From Myxococcota bacterium (GTDB lineage: Bacteria; Myxococcota_A; Polyangia; Polyangiales; JANWZI01), in contig JANWZI010000010.1 in NCBI GenBank assembly GCA_025054695.1, forward strand, positions 592-64,591: DNA of 64,000 bases. Reading direction: 5' to 3'. Both the position numbers and the translations under genes were made by a program. How positions within the stretch are numbered: the stretch's first letter is position 1; each line of letters starts with the position of its first letter. Shown one piece after another: positions 21,705 to 30,693 of this stretch. The notes beneath the pieces are model-generated. The model was not told the DNA's origin. It ran no database searches and was given only the letters and a program-made list of their open reading frames with translations.

Positions 21705-22220
21705 TCAACTCCACAATAGCCGCACGGCGCGCGGCACGTCGGTGTGACAGACGACCTCGCAGTCCTTGCACCCGTGCGGGAAGCGTTCGTCCTCGCAGCT
21801 ACCGCACTCGCGCAACCGGCCGAGCGTACGCACGAGCTCGTCGCGCAGACCCCGCAACCTCGCGATCCGGTGCTGGAGCTGCTCGATCCGCTCCTCCAGA
21901 ATGGCCGTCATTCGGCGGCTGGCCTCCTCGGGTCGGTCGCAACCCGACTTGAGCCCGAACAGGTCGCGGATCTCGGAGAGCGACAGCCCCGCTTCGCGCA
22001 GATCGAGGATGAGGCGGAGCCTGTCCAGCTCGGTGCGCTCGAAGAGCCGGTGCCCGCCGTCGCTTCGACCCACGGGGCGCAACAGCCCCGCCTCCTCGTA
22101 GAAACGCACCGTGCGCAGCGTGCTCTTCGACAGCCGCGCGAGCTCGCCCGTCGTCAACAGGCGATCGTCGCCCACGTCCTGCTCATATAGGGACGACGGC
22201 TCGACGGCGCAACGAGGCAA
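21705..22220 (-). CDS. MerR-family transcriptional regulator with a C-terminal Cys cluster
   Basis: Contains LTTGELARLSKSTLRTVRFYEEAGLL. The C-terminus reads RECGSCEDERFPHGCKDCEVVC. Its stop lies 7 nt before the folE start. Confidence 0.8.
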   Translation of the reverse strand: MPRCAVEPSSLYEQDVGDDRLLTTGELARLSKSTLRTVRFYEEAGLLRPVGRSDGGHRLFERTELDRLRLILDLREAGLSLSEIRDLFGLKSGCDRPEEASRRMTAILEERIEQLQHRIARLRGLRDELVRTLGRLRECGSCEDERFPHGCKDCEVVCHTDVPRAVRLLWS

Positions 22221-22230
22221 GCGTGCCCGT

Positions 22231-22366
22231 CCGACACCGAGACCGAGCCCGAGTCCGAGCCTGAGTCCGAGTCCGAGTCCGAGTCCGAGCTGGAGCGCGA
22301 GCCCGAGCCTGAGGCCGAGTCCGAGACCGAGAGCGAGACAGAGACAGAGACGGTGACGGAGTCCGG
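22231..22366. repeat. Hexamer-repeat array (GAGNCC orientation)
   Basis: Sequence reads gacacc gagacc gagccc gagtcc gagcct gagtcc gagtcc gagtcc... It is intergenic and ends 5 nt before the stop of the 22371 gene. Confidence 0.85.
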
Positions 22367-22370
22367 CCCG

Positions 22371-25034
22371 TCAGCGGCGGAAGAAAATCGGATTGGTGAC
22401 CCCGAAGGGCTTTCGTCCCGGATGGACCGGGCTGAGGTCCATGTCGCCGTCGGCGACGAAGACCGCGAAGCTTCCGGCGGGCGAGACGGGCACGCGCACC
22501 TCGCGGTCGAAGCGCACGACGGGGTTGCCCGGGTCGGCGAGCTCGGGGCCGAGCGCGATCGTCTCGACGAGATCGCCGTCGACGAAGACGCGCAGCCGGT
22601 CCACGTCGATCCAACGGGCGGCCTGGACGGTGACGCGAACGAGCTCCTCGGAAGCGGCTCCCGTCAACGTGCCGCCGAGCCGAATGCCGCCACGCGCCAC
22701 CGCGTCGACGTAGACGCCGCCGGACACCGAATGACGCCCGGCCTCCATCGCATCGCGTACCACGCCCGCGCCCATCGCGCGCAGCGCCTCGGGCTCGTCG
22801 ACGCCGAGCAGGATGCAGGTGCGGGGATAGCCCACGGGCGAGCCGCGAATGTGGTGGCTGTCGCTCGAGCCGACGGCGAAGACGGGACGCCCGGCGCGCA
22901 GCAGGCCGAACCAGTCGACGACGGTGCGCGTCTCGACGAGGTTCGATTCGAAGTCGCTGTCGTTGAACACCTCGACGAGCCGGAACTGCTCGTCCCAGTG
23001 GTCTCGGCGCATGACCATGCCCGTGCTCGGGTCGAATCCCGCCGCGACGAAGTAGGCGCCGGGCGTCCCGCCGGAGCGCGGATGGTTGATGATGATCGTG
23101 CTGCGTCCGTGCCGGCCTTCGCGTGCGCGGACCTCCGCGAACACTTCGGGGGGTAGCTTGCCCGGCCAGAAGAAGACCCCATCGTTGGTCATCGCGTCGA
23201 CGGGCTCGAGGGGAAAGACGCCGAAGTGTCCCCACGTGAACGTCGTCAGCTCGAGCGAGCCAATCCCGTACAAGTGACGCCCCAGCCCGAGCGCGGCGAT
23301 GGCCGGCTCGAAGTCGGCGACGAACTCGTGGTCGCTGCGCACGGGGATTTCGAGCCCGTCCGCCGCCGCGCTGCGCAGCTTGTCGCGGACGTGGTCGCCC
23401 GAATCGGGCGAGCGGTGCGTGTGGATGTGGAAGTCGCCGCACAGGATGCCCGGGGTCTGGACGGTGTGCTCGAGCGTCGCGTCCCACGAGGCCGTCTCCC
23501 CGGCGCGCACGTGCACGTCCTCGTCGACGAGCTCGTATTCGTAGCCACGCGAGACGACGAGGCGGTGCGTGCCGACGAACGCACGCAAGGTCACTTCGCC
23601 CTCGGTCACGAAGGCCACGTGCAGCCGGTCGTCGGGCCCCGGCGAGGGTTCCCCCATGGCGGGGGTGGGGCGCATCCATCCGCTGCGCGGCAGCAGTTGC
23701 ACGCGCGCGGGCAGGGGCTCGCCCGCCGTGTCGCGGATGCGCACGCGGACGAATCCCGAAGGCGGCAAGGCGAGGTCCCGCCGGTTCTCGTCGACCGCGA
23801 CGCGTTGGGGACCGACGAGCGGCTCGCCGCGGCGGAACGCGTACAGATCGACCGGTTCCATCGGGACGTGCAGGATGTACCGTCCCGTCTCGTCGGTCGG
23901 CTCGCTTCGCGTCACGTAGGAGCCGTCGGCGCCGACGGCGTGCACGCGCACGCCCGACGCCGGCATGCCCGAGCCGTCGCGCACGATCCCGGAGATGGGG
24001 CGCAAGGTCTCGCCCTCGGAGCGAGCGCGCGCGACGCGCAGGCCGTCGACCCCTGGACCGCCGACGTACACGCGCGCCATCGGGCGTTCGGTCAGCGCGC
24101 AGGCGGGAAGCGTGAACGGTCCCGCCGTGTATACGCTTGCGCCGCTCATCTCGAGCAGCAGCGTGAGCGGACCATCGGGGCTCGCCCACGCGTAGCTCGC
24201 GGCGCCATCCTCGACGAAGGCGATCCACGCGGAGGACTCCTCTCCGGCTCCCGCGAAGCCACGGCCAGGCCAGAAACCCGGCATGCGGCTCGACTGCATG
24301 AAGAAGTGCAGCGGAAGCTGCACGTGGACCGGTCGATTGCGCTCGTTGGCGAACGCATAGCGGATCTCGAAGTGATCGCGCTCGGGCTCGAGCACGTAGT
24401 CGACGGCCAGCTGCATCCCGCCGAAGTCGCCGGGCACGAGCGAGCGCGCGAAGTCGTCGATGAACGGAATCGGGCTGAGCCGTCCGATGACGCGGACGAC
24501 GGCGGGGCCGCCGCCGCGACCGTCACGAGTGACGGTGACGCTCGTCGGCTCGACGGTGAAGCGGCCGATCCCGATGATGGCCTCGGAAAAGTCGGCCGGT
24601 CGAACGATGCGACCCGACTCGACGAGACCGAGGCCGACGAGCTTTCCACCGTACGGGTCATACAGGTCGCTCGGCCGTGCGTCCTCGACGAGGACGGCGA
24701 TGCGACCGTTGGAGAGTACGAAGTCCCCCGGTTTCCAGACGGCCAGTCCGTCGGGGTCGTCCGGAAGCTCGGCTCCTTCGATGCGTCCGGCACGGGCCTC
24801 GCCGAGCGTTGCCCCGAGCGGTTCGGGATGGCCGTCCGGGTCGCCGGGCTCGATGCGGAAGTCGGGGATGCAGGGGGGCGGGCCATCGGGCGCGGCGTCG
24901 GTCGGGGCGCTCGCGTCGCGGTGAGGGCCTTCGTCGTCGCATCCGGCTGCGATGGCCACGGTGGCGAGCGTCGAGGCGAGTGACGAGCATGTAACGAACG
25001 GGCGTCGTAGCCGCAGCATTCCGGTGACGAGCAT
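22371..25034 (-). CDS. Large secreted PHP-domain (CehA/McbA-like) metallohydrolase lipoprotein
   Basis: Lies in ORF 22371..25217. I chose ATG 25034 (MLVTGMLRLRRPFVTCSSLASTLATVAIAAGC; alternative ATG 25019). Contains GDFHIHTHRSPDSGDH, SSDSHH and a carboxypeptidase-regulatory-like segment (ISGIVRDGSGMPASGVRVHAV). Confidence 0.7.
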   Translation of the reverse strand: MLVTGMLRLRRPFVTCSSLASTLATVAIAAGCDDEGPHRDASAPTDAAPDGPPPCIPDFRIEPGDPDGHPEPLGATLGEARAGRIEGAELPDDPDGLAVWKPGDFVLSNGRIAVLVEDARPSDLYDPYGGKLVGLGLVESGRIVRPADFSEAIIGIGRFTVEPTSVTVTRDGRGGGPAVVRVIGRLSPIPFIDDFARSLVPGDFGGMQLAVDYVLEPERDHFEIRYAFANERNRPVHVQLPLHFFMQSSRMPGFWPGRGFAGAGEESSAWIAFVEDGAASYAWASPDGPLTLLLEMSGASVYTAGPFTLPACALTERPMARVYVGGPGVDGLRVARARSEGETLRPISGIVRDGSGMPASGVRVHAVGADGSYVTRSEPTDETGRYILHVPMEPVDLYAFRRGEPLVGPQRVAVDENRRDLALPPSGFVRVRIRDTAGEPLPARVQLLPRSGWMRPTPAMGEPSPGPDDRLHVAFVTEGEVTLRAFVGTHRLVVSRGYEYELVDEDVHVRAGETASWDATLEHTVQTPGILCGDFHIHTHRSPDSGDHVRDKLRSAAADGLEIPVRSDHEFVADFEPAIAALGLGRHLYGIGSLELTTFTWGHFGVFPLEPVDAMTNDGVFFWPGKLPPEVFAEVRAREGRHGRSTIIINHPRSGGTPGAYFVAAGFDPSTGMVMRRDHWDEQFRLVEVFNDSDFESNLVETRTVVDWFGLLRAGRPVFAVGSSDSHHIRGSPVGYPRTCILLGVDEPEALRAMGAGVVRDAMEAGRHSVSGGVYVDAVARGGIRLGGTLTGAASEELVRVTVQAARWIDVDRLRVFVDGDLVETIALGPELADPGNPVVRFDREVRVPVSPAGSFAVFVADGDMDLSPVHPGRKPFGVTNPIFFRR

Positions 25035-25302
25035 ACAGGCTGGCCGATCGGGCGGCGATGGGCGAGTAGGGTGAGTGTGATCCGGATGACAATCACAGAA
25101 CATCCACAGCTTGCTCTCTCGCGCGGCGCGACGCGGAGAGACATTGGAAGTGATGGATATCATTGTGGATATTCGAGCATGTCCGCCGTGGAACGGCAGG
25201 CGTCGGCCACGATTCATCCACAGCCCGTGTGAGCTTTGAGGGCGCAGGTTGCTCGTCGCGCGACGCGGCGAGTTTCCCGAACGGCCACGCCCGACGAACG
25301 AA
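25035..25302 (-). promoter_or_regulatory. Low-GC upstream region with composite direct repeats (candidate promoter/operator of the PHP lipoprotein gene)
   Basis: CATCCACAGC occurs at 25101-25110 and 25215-25224. Each copy is followed by TTGCTC..GCGCGACGCGG.GAG. TGGATAT occurs at 25154-25160 and 25166-25172 inside an AT-rich patch. Confidence 0.4.
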
Positions 25303-26631
25303 TCAGGGAGGCGTCGACCGCGTGAGGGTGCGGTAGCGCCGTAGCAACGCGCTCTGCCGCGTCTCGAGGGAGACGGTGCGGCCGCGGATGAGCAAATTCA
25401 CCAAGTACGTGGTGGTCTCGAACGGATCGCCCGACCAGATCGCGACGTTGGCGAGCTGACCCGGCGCGATGCGACCGCGGTCCGCCTCCATCCCGAACAC
25501 GCGGGCGGGCTCGACGGTCACGGCCCGCAACGCCGCCGCCGGGTCCATGCCGAATCGCACGGCGTTGCCCGCTTCCTGGCGCAGGTTTCGCAAGTTGTGC
25601 ACGTCGGGCGTCGCGAGCACGACGCGGACGCCGGCGCGCGAGAGCAGCGCCGCATTGTCGTGCCGACTCGCGAGCGCGTCGAACGAGACCGGCAGATTGT
25701 GCAGCGGGGTGACGATCACCGGGACGTTCTCGGCCGCGATGCGCTCGGCCAAGCGCCAGCCCTCCTCGGCGCCGGCCAGCACCAGGCGCAAGCGCTCGCG
25801 CCGCGCGAGCTCGAGCACCCGGTCGATGTCGCTCGCGCGCGAGACGCGGACGACGAGGGGCACCCGACGCGTGAGCACGGCTTGCATGCGCTCCAGGTCG
25901 AGCCGGCTCACCCGGCTCTCGCGCATCGCACGACGGTCGTAATCGGCTCGGCGGCGCGCGTAGAGCCGTGCGTCGTCGAGCAGCTCGCGCAATCGAAGCA
26001 TGGCCGAAGGCAGCGCACCTCCGGCCGCATCGACGCCCGCTTCGGTCACGTCGGCGTGCACGGCGAGCACCGGTTGGACCACGGCCTCGGTGACGCGCTC
26101 CCCGTCGAGATCGACCCAGGCGCTGGTGCCGCTGACGAGGCCGCCGGTCGGCGTGCTCACTGCGCTCGTGATGCCCCCGGTGCGCGCGATGGCGACGAGC
26201 GTCGAGCGCGGGTCGTAGCCGTCGGCCGCGGAGAACGCCGCGCGGATCGGATCGTCCGTGCCGGCGGACGCATCGACCGTGGACGGCTCCAGGTCGATCT
26301 CGAGCAGGCCGAGGGGCGCCTGCACCGCGACGAGCCCCGGGGTGACGATGAGGCCCTGGGCATCGATGACCCGTGCGCCCGTCGGTACGACGACATCGGG
26401 GCCGACGGCGGCGATGCGTTCGCCGCGCACGACGATCGTGGCGCGGGGCAAATCCGGTCCCTCACCGGTGCGGACCGTTCCGCCGACGATGGCGAGGACC
26501 GGCGGCGATTCGGCCTGCGCTTGGGCGCGGGTGCCCGCGAGGATCGCGGCGAGCAACAGTGCGGCGCGGATGGTGCGCCGGAATCGAAGAACCCGATGGC
26601 GCCTTGCTGCGGCGTGTGCCCACCGGCTCAC
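25303..26631 (-). CDS. Amidohydrolase-family protein (secreted)
   Basis: Lies in ORF 25303..27054. I chose GTG 26631, which overlaps the upstream stop as GTGA. The signal is RTIRAALLLAAILAGTRAQA, followed by LAIVGGTVRTG...VTPGLV. Confidence 0.7.
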   Translation of the reverse strand: MSRWAHAAARRHRVLRFRRTIRAALLLAAILAGTRAQAQAESPPVLAIVGGTVRTGEGPDLPRATIVVRGERIAAVGPDVVVPTGARVIDAQGLIVTPGLVAVQAPLGLLEIDLEPSTVDASAGTDDPIRAAFSAADGYDPRSTLVAIARTGGITSAVSTPTGGLVSGTSAWVDLDGERVTEAVVQPVLAVHADVTEAGVDAAGGALPSAMLRLRELLDDARLYARRRADYDRRAMRESRVSRLDLERMQAVLTRRVPLVVRVSRASDIDRVLELARRERLRLVLAGAEEGWRLAERIAAENVPVIVTPLHNLPVSFDALASRHDNAALLSRAGVRVVLATPDVHNLRNLRQEAGNAVRFGMDPAAALRAVTVEPARVFGMEADRGRIAPGQLANVAIWSGDPFETTTYLVNLLIRGRTVSLETRQSALLRRYRTLTRSTPP

Positions 26632-28223
26632 GGGGCGGGCTCCGTCAGACCCAGCTCGAAGTCGCGCACGAGCGATGGATCGGGTCGGGTTCGATCGTAG
26701 ACGAGGACGCCGTCGAGGAAGACGAGATCGACGTGGCTGTAGACGCTGAACGGGTGGCCCGACCAGACGACGACGTCGGCCATCTTGCCCGGTTCGAGCG
26801 TCCCGGTGCGCGACTCGATCCCCAGCGCCCAGGCCGCCTCGGCCGTGATCCAGCGCAGGGCCTGGTCCTCGTCGATCGCGACACCGGCCCGCCGCCCGGC
26901 CGCCAGGGCCTTGCCGGCTTCCTGACCGAGCCGCTGCGCGTACTGCGCGCTGTCCGAGTGCAGCACGGCGTGGACGCCGGCCTCCGTCAGCAGCGCGAGG
27001 TTCTCGACGATCGCGTCGAACGCTTCGAGCTTGAAGCCCCACCAGTCGGCCCACGTCGCGACACCGATGCCCTCGCGCGCGAGCACGTCGCGCACCTTGT
27101 AGGCCTCGACGGCGTGGTGGAAGACGCGGATGCGCAGCCCGAGCTGGCGTCCCAGTTCGATCATCCGCAGCATCTCGTCGGCGCGATAGCAGTGCATCTG
27201 GACGAGCACGCGGCCTTCGAGCGCGCCGAGCAGTGCCTCCTTGCCGAAATCACGGGCAGGAGGTGCGGGCGCGGGACCGGGATCGTCCGGTGGCGACGCG
27301 ACGCCTCCGTCGGGGCTCGCCGCGATGCCGGCGTCGAGCGCGCGCTCGTAGCGCAACCGTTTCTGGTGCCACAGCCGGTATTGGTGCTGCCAGTCGCGCC
27401 ATTGGCGGCCGTACTCGGCGGCGCCCTGGAACGCCGCGCGATAACCGGCGACGTTGCCCATGCGCGTGCTTGGCGCGGTGTTGCGCTCGCCGTAGACGCG
27501 ACGCGGATTCTCGCCGCAGGCCATCTTGAGCGTGTCGGGCGCGCCGTGGAACAGCATCTCGCCGACGCTGCGGCCCGGCCGCAGGCGCAGCGTGACGCCG
27601 CGGCCCCCGATGAGATTGGCCGAGCCTGGCAGCACGAGGATCGTCGTGACGCCGGCGGCCAGCAGCCTCGAGATCGCCGGATCCTGCGGCCAGAACGAGT
27701 CGCCGGCCCAGACATGGGCCGTCACGGGGTTCGTCGCCTCGTTGCCGTCGGCCGTCGCGCGCAACGCGGGCACGGCGTACACGCCCACGTGGGAGTGGGC
27801 GTCGATGAGGCCCGGGGTCACCCACCGGCCCGTCGCATCGACGCGTCGGGCTCCTTGGGGAATCGGGGTCCGATCGCGCGGCCCGACCGCGACGAGCCGA
27901 CCGTCCTCCATGATCACGACGCCGTCGACGAAGGTTTCTCCGGCGGCGGTCATCACGGTGCCGCCGACGATCGCGATCAGGGGTGAGTCGATCGGTGGCG
28001 GGCTGGCTGGGGGCTGCTCCCAGGGCAGGGGCGGAGGTTCCGGCGGTGGCTCCGACGGTACGGGGGCTGGGCGAGGGATGACGGACGGTGCAGTGGCCGT
28101 GCTCCCGCAAGAGGCCACGACGAGCGCGACGCTCGACGCGAGCGCGGCCGCCACGGTCCGGCGTGGCGCGCTCGACGATGGGAGCGGTAGCCCGTCGCGT
28201 TGCGTCGTGGAGCGATTCGTCAC
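26628..28223 (-). CDS. Amidohydrolase-family lipoprotein (metal-dependent, HxH type)
   Basis: 531 aa with lipobox LVVASC. Contains IAIVGGTVMT...VTPGLIDAHSHVG. Its GTG start overlaps the upstream stop. Confidence 0.75.
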   Translation of the reverse strand: MTNRSTTQRDGLPLPSSSAPRRTVAAALASSVALVVASCGSTATAPSVIPRPAPVPSEPPPEPPPLPWEQPPASPPPIDSPLIAIVGGTVMTAAGETFVDGVVIMEDGRLVAVGPRDRTPIPQGARRVDATGRWVTPGLIDAHSHVGVYAVPALRATADGNEATNPVTAHVWAGDSFWPQDPAISRLLAAGVTTILVLPGSANLIGGRGVTLRLRPGRSVGEMLFHGAPDTLKMACGENPRRVYGERNTAPSTRMGNVAGYRAAFQGAAEYGRQWRDWQHQYRLWHQKRLRYERALDAGIAASPDGGVASPPDDPGPAPAPPARDFGKEALLGALEGRVLVQMHCYRADEMLRMIELGRQLGLRIRVFHHAVEAYKVRDVLAREGIGVATWADWWGFKLEAFDAIVENLALLTEAGVHAVLHSDSAQYAQRLGQEAGKALAAGRRAGVAIDEDQALRWITAEAAWALGIESRTGTLEPGKMADVVVWSGHPFSVYSHVDLVFLDGVLVYDRTRPDPSLVRDFELGLTEPAP

Positions 28224-29065
28224 GGTGGATCGGATCGGAAGATCACCATGCCCACGTCATCGCCGAAGATGGGCAGCGGGACCACCCCGAAGGCGTAGGC
28301 GCGTCCGAACTGCTGCACCTGACCTGTGTACCCACCGGGGCTCGCTGCAAGGCCGCGGGCGCGCGCCGCCGCATCGGGCACGAGCTTCTCGAGGTCGAGC
28401 CCCACCTCGGGCGCGAAGAGCCGCTCGCCGCGATACAGCCACACCCAGAGGATCGCGCCGCGCTGCCGCTCGGCCGCATGGTCGACGACGAGCTGGCGTG
28501 AGAGCCGTCGCGCCATTTTCCAGAGGGGAATGCCGGCGAGCATCGCTCCGACGATCCGCTCGTCCCTGCGGACGGGCTCGACCAGCAGCAGCGAAACACT
28601 CGGCGGCCCCTCCGCGGCCGGGAACTCGACGAGCTGTCGGCCGGCGCGTCCCTCGCGCAGCGCGCGCGCGACGACCTCGTAGCGCTCGGCGAACGGCTCG
28701 CCGCGCATGCGATCCTCGTTCTGGGGCACGTCGCGCGCGATCACGCGGCCGTCGGCGCCCACGGCGGCGAGGAAGCTGGCCGGCGTGGCCACCAGCTCGG
28801 AGATGGCGATTCCGCGCGCGGTCGGATCCTGGATGCGGCGCAGCCCTGCGCGGATCTGGCGTTCGCGATCGTCCGCATCCTCGATCGCGAAGCCCGGTGC
28901 GAAGCGCGTGGCGGCGACGCGCAGGCCACGCGTGATGCGCGCGATGTCTTCGCGAACGATGCGCAGGCATGCGGGTGCGTGCTCTTCGACGATGCGGCGC
29001 TCGGCCGCCGAGGCATCGGCCGCGCACGCGGCGAGCGACGTCAGAAGCGCAGCAGCCCGGCTCAC
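28220..29065 (-). CDS. Hypothetical lipoprotein (periplasmic sensor-like), first gene of the amidohydrolase operon
   Basis: Lies in ORF 28220..29275. I chose GTG 29065 (VSRAAALLTSLAAC); ATG 29137 is an alternative, but that extension overlaps a repeat-element flank box. Confidence 0.5.
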   Translation of the reverse strand: MSRAAALLTSLAACAADASAAERRIVEEHAPACLRIVREDIARITRGLRVAATRFAPGFAIEDADDRERQIRAGLRRIQDPTARGIAISELVATPASFLAAVGADGRVIARDVPQNEDRMRGEPFAERYEVVARALREGRAGRQLVEFPAAEGPPSVSLLLVEPVRRDERIVGAMLAGIPLWKMARRLSRQLVVDHAAERQRGAILWVWLYRGERLFAPEVGLDLEKLVPDAAARARGLAASPGGYTGQVQQFGRAYAFGVVPLPIFGDDVGMVIFRSDPP

Positions 29066-29174
29066 GCGGCCGCAGCCTACACCGGAACGGGCGCCCGTGC
29101 CCTCGCGGGCGTCGTCGGCAAACGTTGACGAGCCCATGGGACGCGTCGGCGCCCATGCAAGGCCAACTCCCCTT

Positions 29175-29267
29175 CGAGCCCGAGCTCGAGTCCGAGCCTG
29201 AGTCCGCGCCGGAGTCGGAGTCCGAGCTCGAGTCCAAGTCGGAGCCGGATTCGGAGCGGAGTCCGAG
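29175..29267. repeat. Hexamer-repeat array (GAGNCC orientation)
   Basis: Sequence reads gagccc gagctc gagtcc gagcct gagtcc gcgccg gagtcg gagtcc gagctc gagtcc aagtcg... An upstream box TTGACGAGCCCATGGGACGCGTCGGCG lies at about 29124-29150. Confidence 0.8.
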
Positions 29268-29315
29268 TGCGTCACTCGGGGCGCGTGGTCTTGGAGGGCA
29301 CGCGTACGCGTGCCG

Positions 29316-30194
29316 TCAACGTCCGGTCAAGGCGGTCGGCTCGCGGTAGACGTGCACGGCGGGCCCCAAGGTGGTCGGTCCCGACAGCGGCCAGACGCGA
29401 GACCAGGGGCGATCCTCGCTTCCGACGAGCAACTCGTCGCGCTTGGTGAGCACCTCGCAACCGTCGCGGGTGACGAGCACGGTGTGCTCGAACTGGGCCG
29501 AGAGCGAGCGATCCTTCGTCAGAACGGTCCAACCGTCCGGGGCGAGCTCGGTCTGCCAGCCGCCCAGGTTGATCATCGGTTCGATGGTGAAGGTGAGCCC
29601 GGCGCGCAGCCGCTCGCGTACTTCGTTTTGCTTGTAGTGGGGAATCTGCGGGTCCATGTGGAACAAGCGCCCGACGCCGTGACCGACGTACTCGCGCACG
29701 ACGGAGCAGCCTTCCGATTGCGCGTACTCCTCGATGACCGCGCCGATCTCGTTGATGCGCACGTTGTGTCGGACGACCTGCAGGGCGAGCTCGAGACAGC
29801 GTCGCGCGACCTCGGTCACGTGCCGCGCCTCGTCGGAGGGCTCGCCGATGTAGAAGGTCGCACTCGTGTCCCCGTGGTAGCCGTGTTTCGCGGGCCACTG
29901 CGTCGTGACGTCGACGTTGATGATGTCCCCCTCGCGCAGGACGCGCTTGCCGGGAATGCCGTGGCAGACGACCTCGTTGACGCTCGTGCATACGCTGCGG
30001 GGGAAGCCACGGTAGCCCAGCGGGGACGGATGGGCCCCGCGCGAGGTGATGTACTCGTGGACGAACCTATCAATCTCCTCCGTGGTCATTCCCGGGCGCA
30101 GGATGCGCCCAACCGCGCAGAGGGTCTCGGCCGCCAGGCGGCAGGACCGACGCATCGTCTCGAGTGTCGCGGGTGTGTGCAGCTCCTGCGGCAC
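29316..30194 (-). CDS. map: Type I methionine aminopeptidase
   Basis: 292 aa containing VCHGIPG, DIINVDVT, GHGVGRLFH, FTIEPM and AQFEHTVLVT. Confidence 0.9.
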   Translation of the reverse strand: MPQELHTPATLETMRRSCRLAAETLCAVGRILRPGMTTEEIDRFVHEYITSRGAHPSPLGYRGFPRSVCTSVNEVVCHGIPGKRVLREGDIINVDVTTQWPAKHGYHGDTSATFYIGEPSDEARHVTEVARRCLELALQVVRHNVRINEIGAVIEEYAQSEGCSVVREYVGHGVGRLFHMDPQIPHYKQNEVRERLRAGLTFTIEPMINLGGWQTELAPDGWTVLTKDRSLSAQFEHTVLVTRDGCEVLTKRDELLVGSEDRPWSRVWPLSGPTTLGPAVHVYREPTALTGR

Positions 30195-30372
30195 GGCTCA
30201 CCCGCCCTCGTAGCGACCGTGCGTCGTGGTCGCAAGCGGACCCGCTTCGGTGTCGGCAGCGCCCCATGGGGGCCAATGGGCGCGGGCACGATGGAGTGCT
30301 GAGCGCCGTGGCGCGGGACCGAATCTGCGACGAGGGGCGTCCGAGCTCCAGCTCGCGACCCAGACGAGTGCC

Positions 30373-30579
30373 CTACGGGAGCAGGAACGCGTCGAAGGGA
30401 ACGATCGCGCTCGTCGACGCCATCGCGTACAGAATCGCGATCGAGATGCCCAGTGTGACCAGGGTCAGCGCGACCAGGCGCGGGCCGGTCCAGCGCTGGT
30501 CGGCCTGCCGGATCGCGCGTTCCTCTTGCTCCGTGACGGGCACGTTCACCGGGACCTGCGAGGGATCGAGGATGGCCAT
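30373..30579 (-). CDS. Small hypothetical membrane protein (68 aa)
   Basis: This is the C-terminal end of the spurious ORF 30373..32112, starting at ATG 30579 ([15 protein letters not shown]...). It has one TM ([20 protein letters not shown]) and is divergent from hutH. Confidence 0.4.
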   Translation of the reverse strand: MAILDPSQVPVNVPVTEQEERAIRQADQRWTGPRLVALTLVTLGISIAILYAMASTSAIVPFDAFLLP

Positions 30580-30693
30580 CGCGCGCGCTTCGTAGCCAGC
30601 GCGTCCCCTGCGGTCAATCGAGGCCGTCACGTCGTGGGCCTCCGGCACGGTTGCCCGCGCTGTTCGCGACTGCCTACAGTGCGCCACGTCGCG

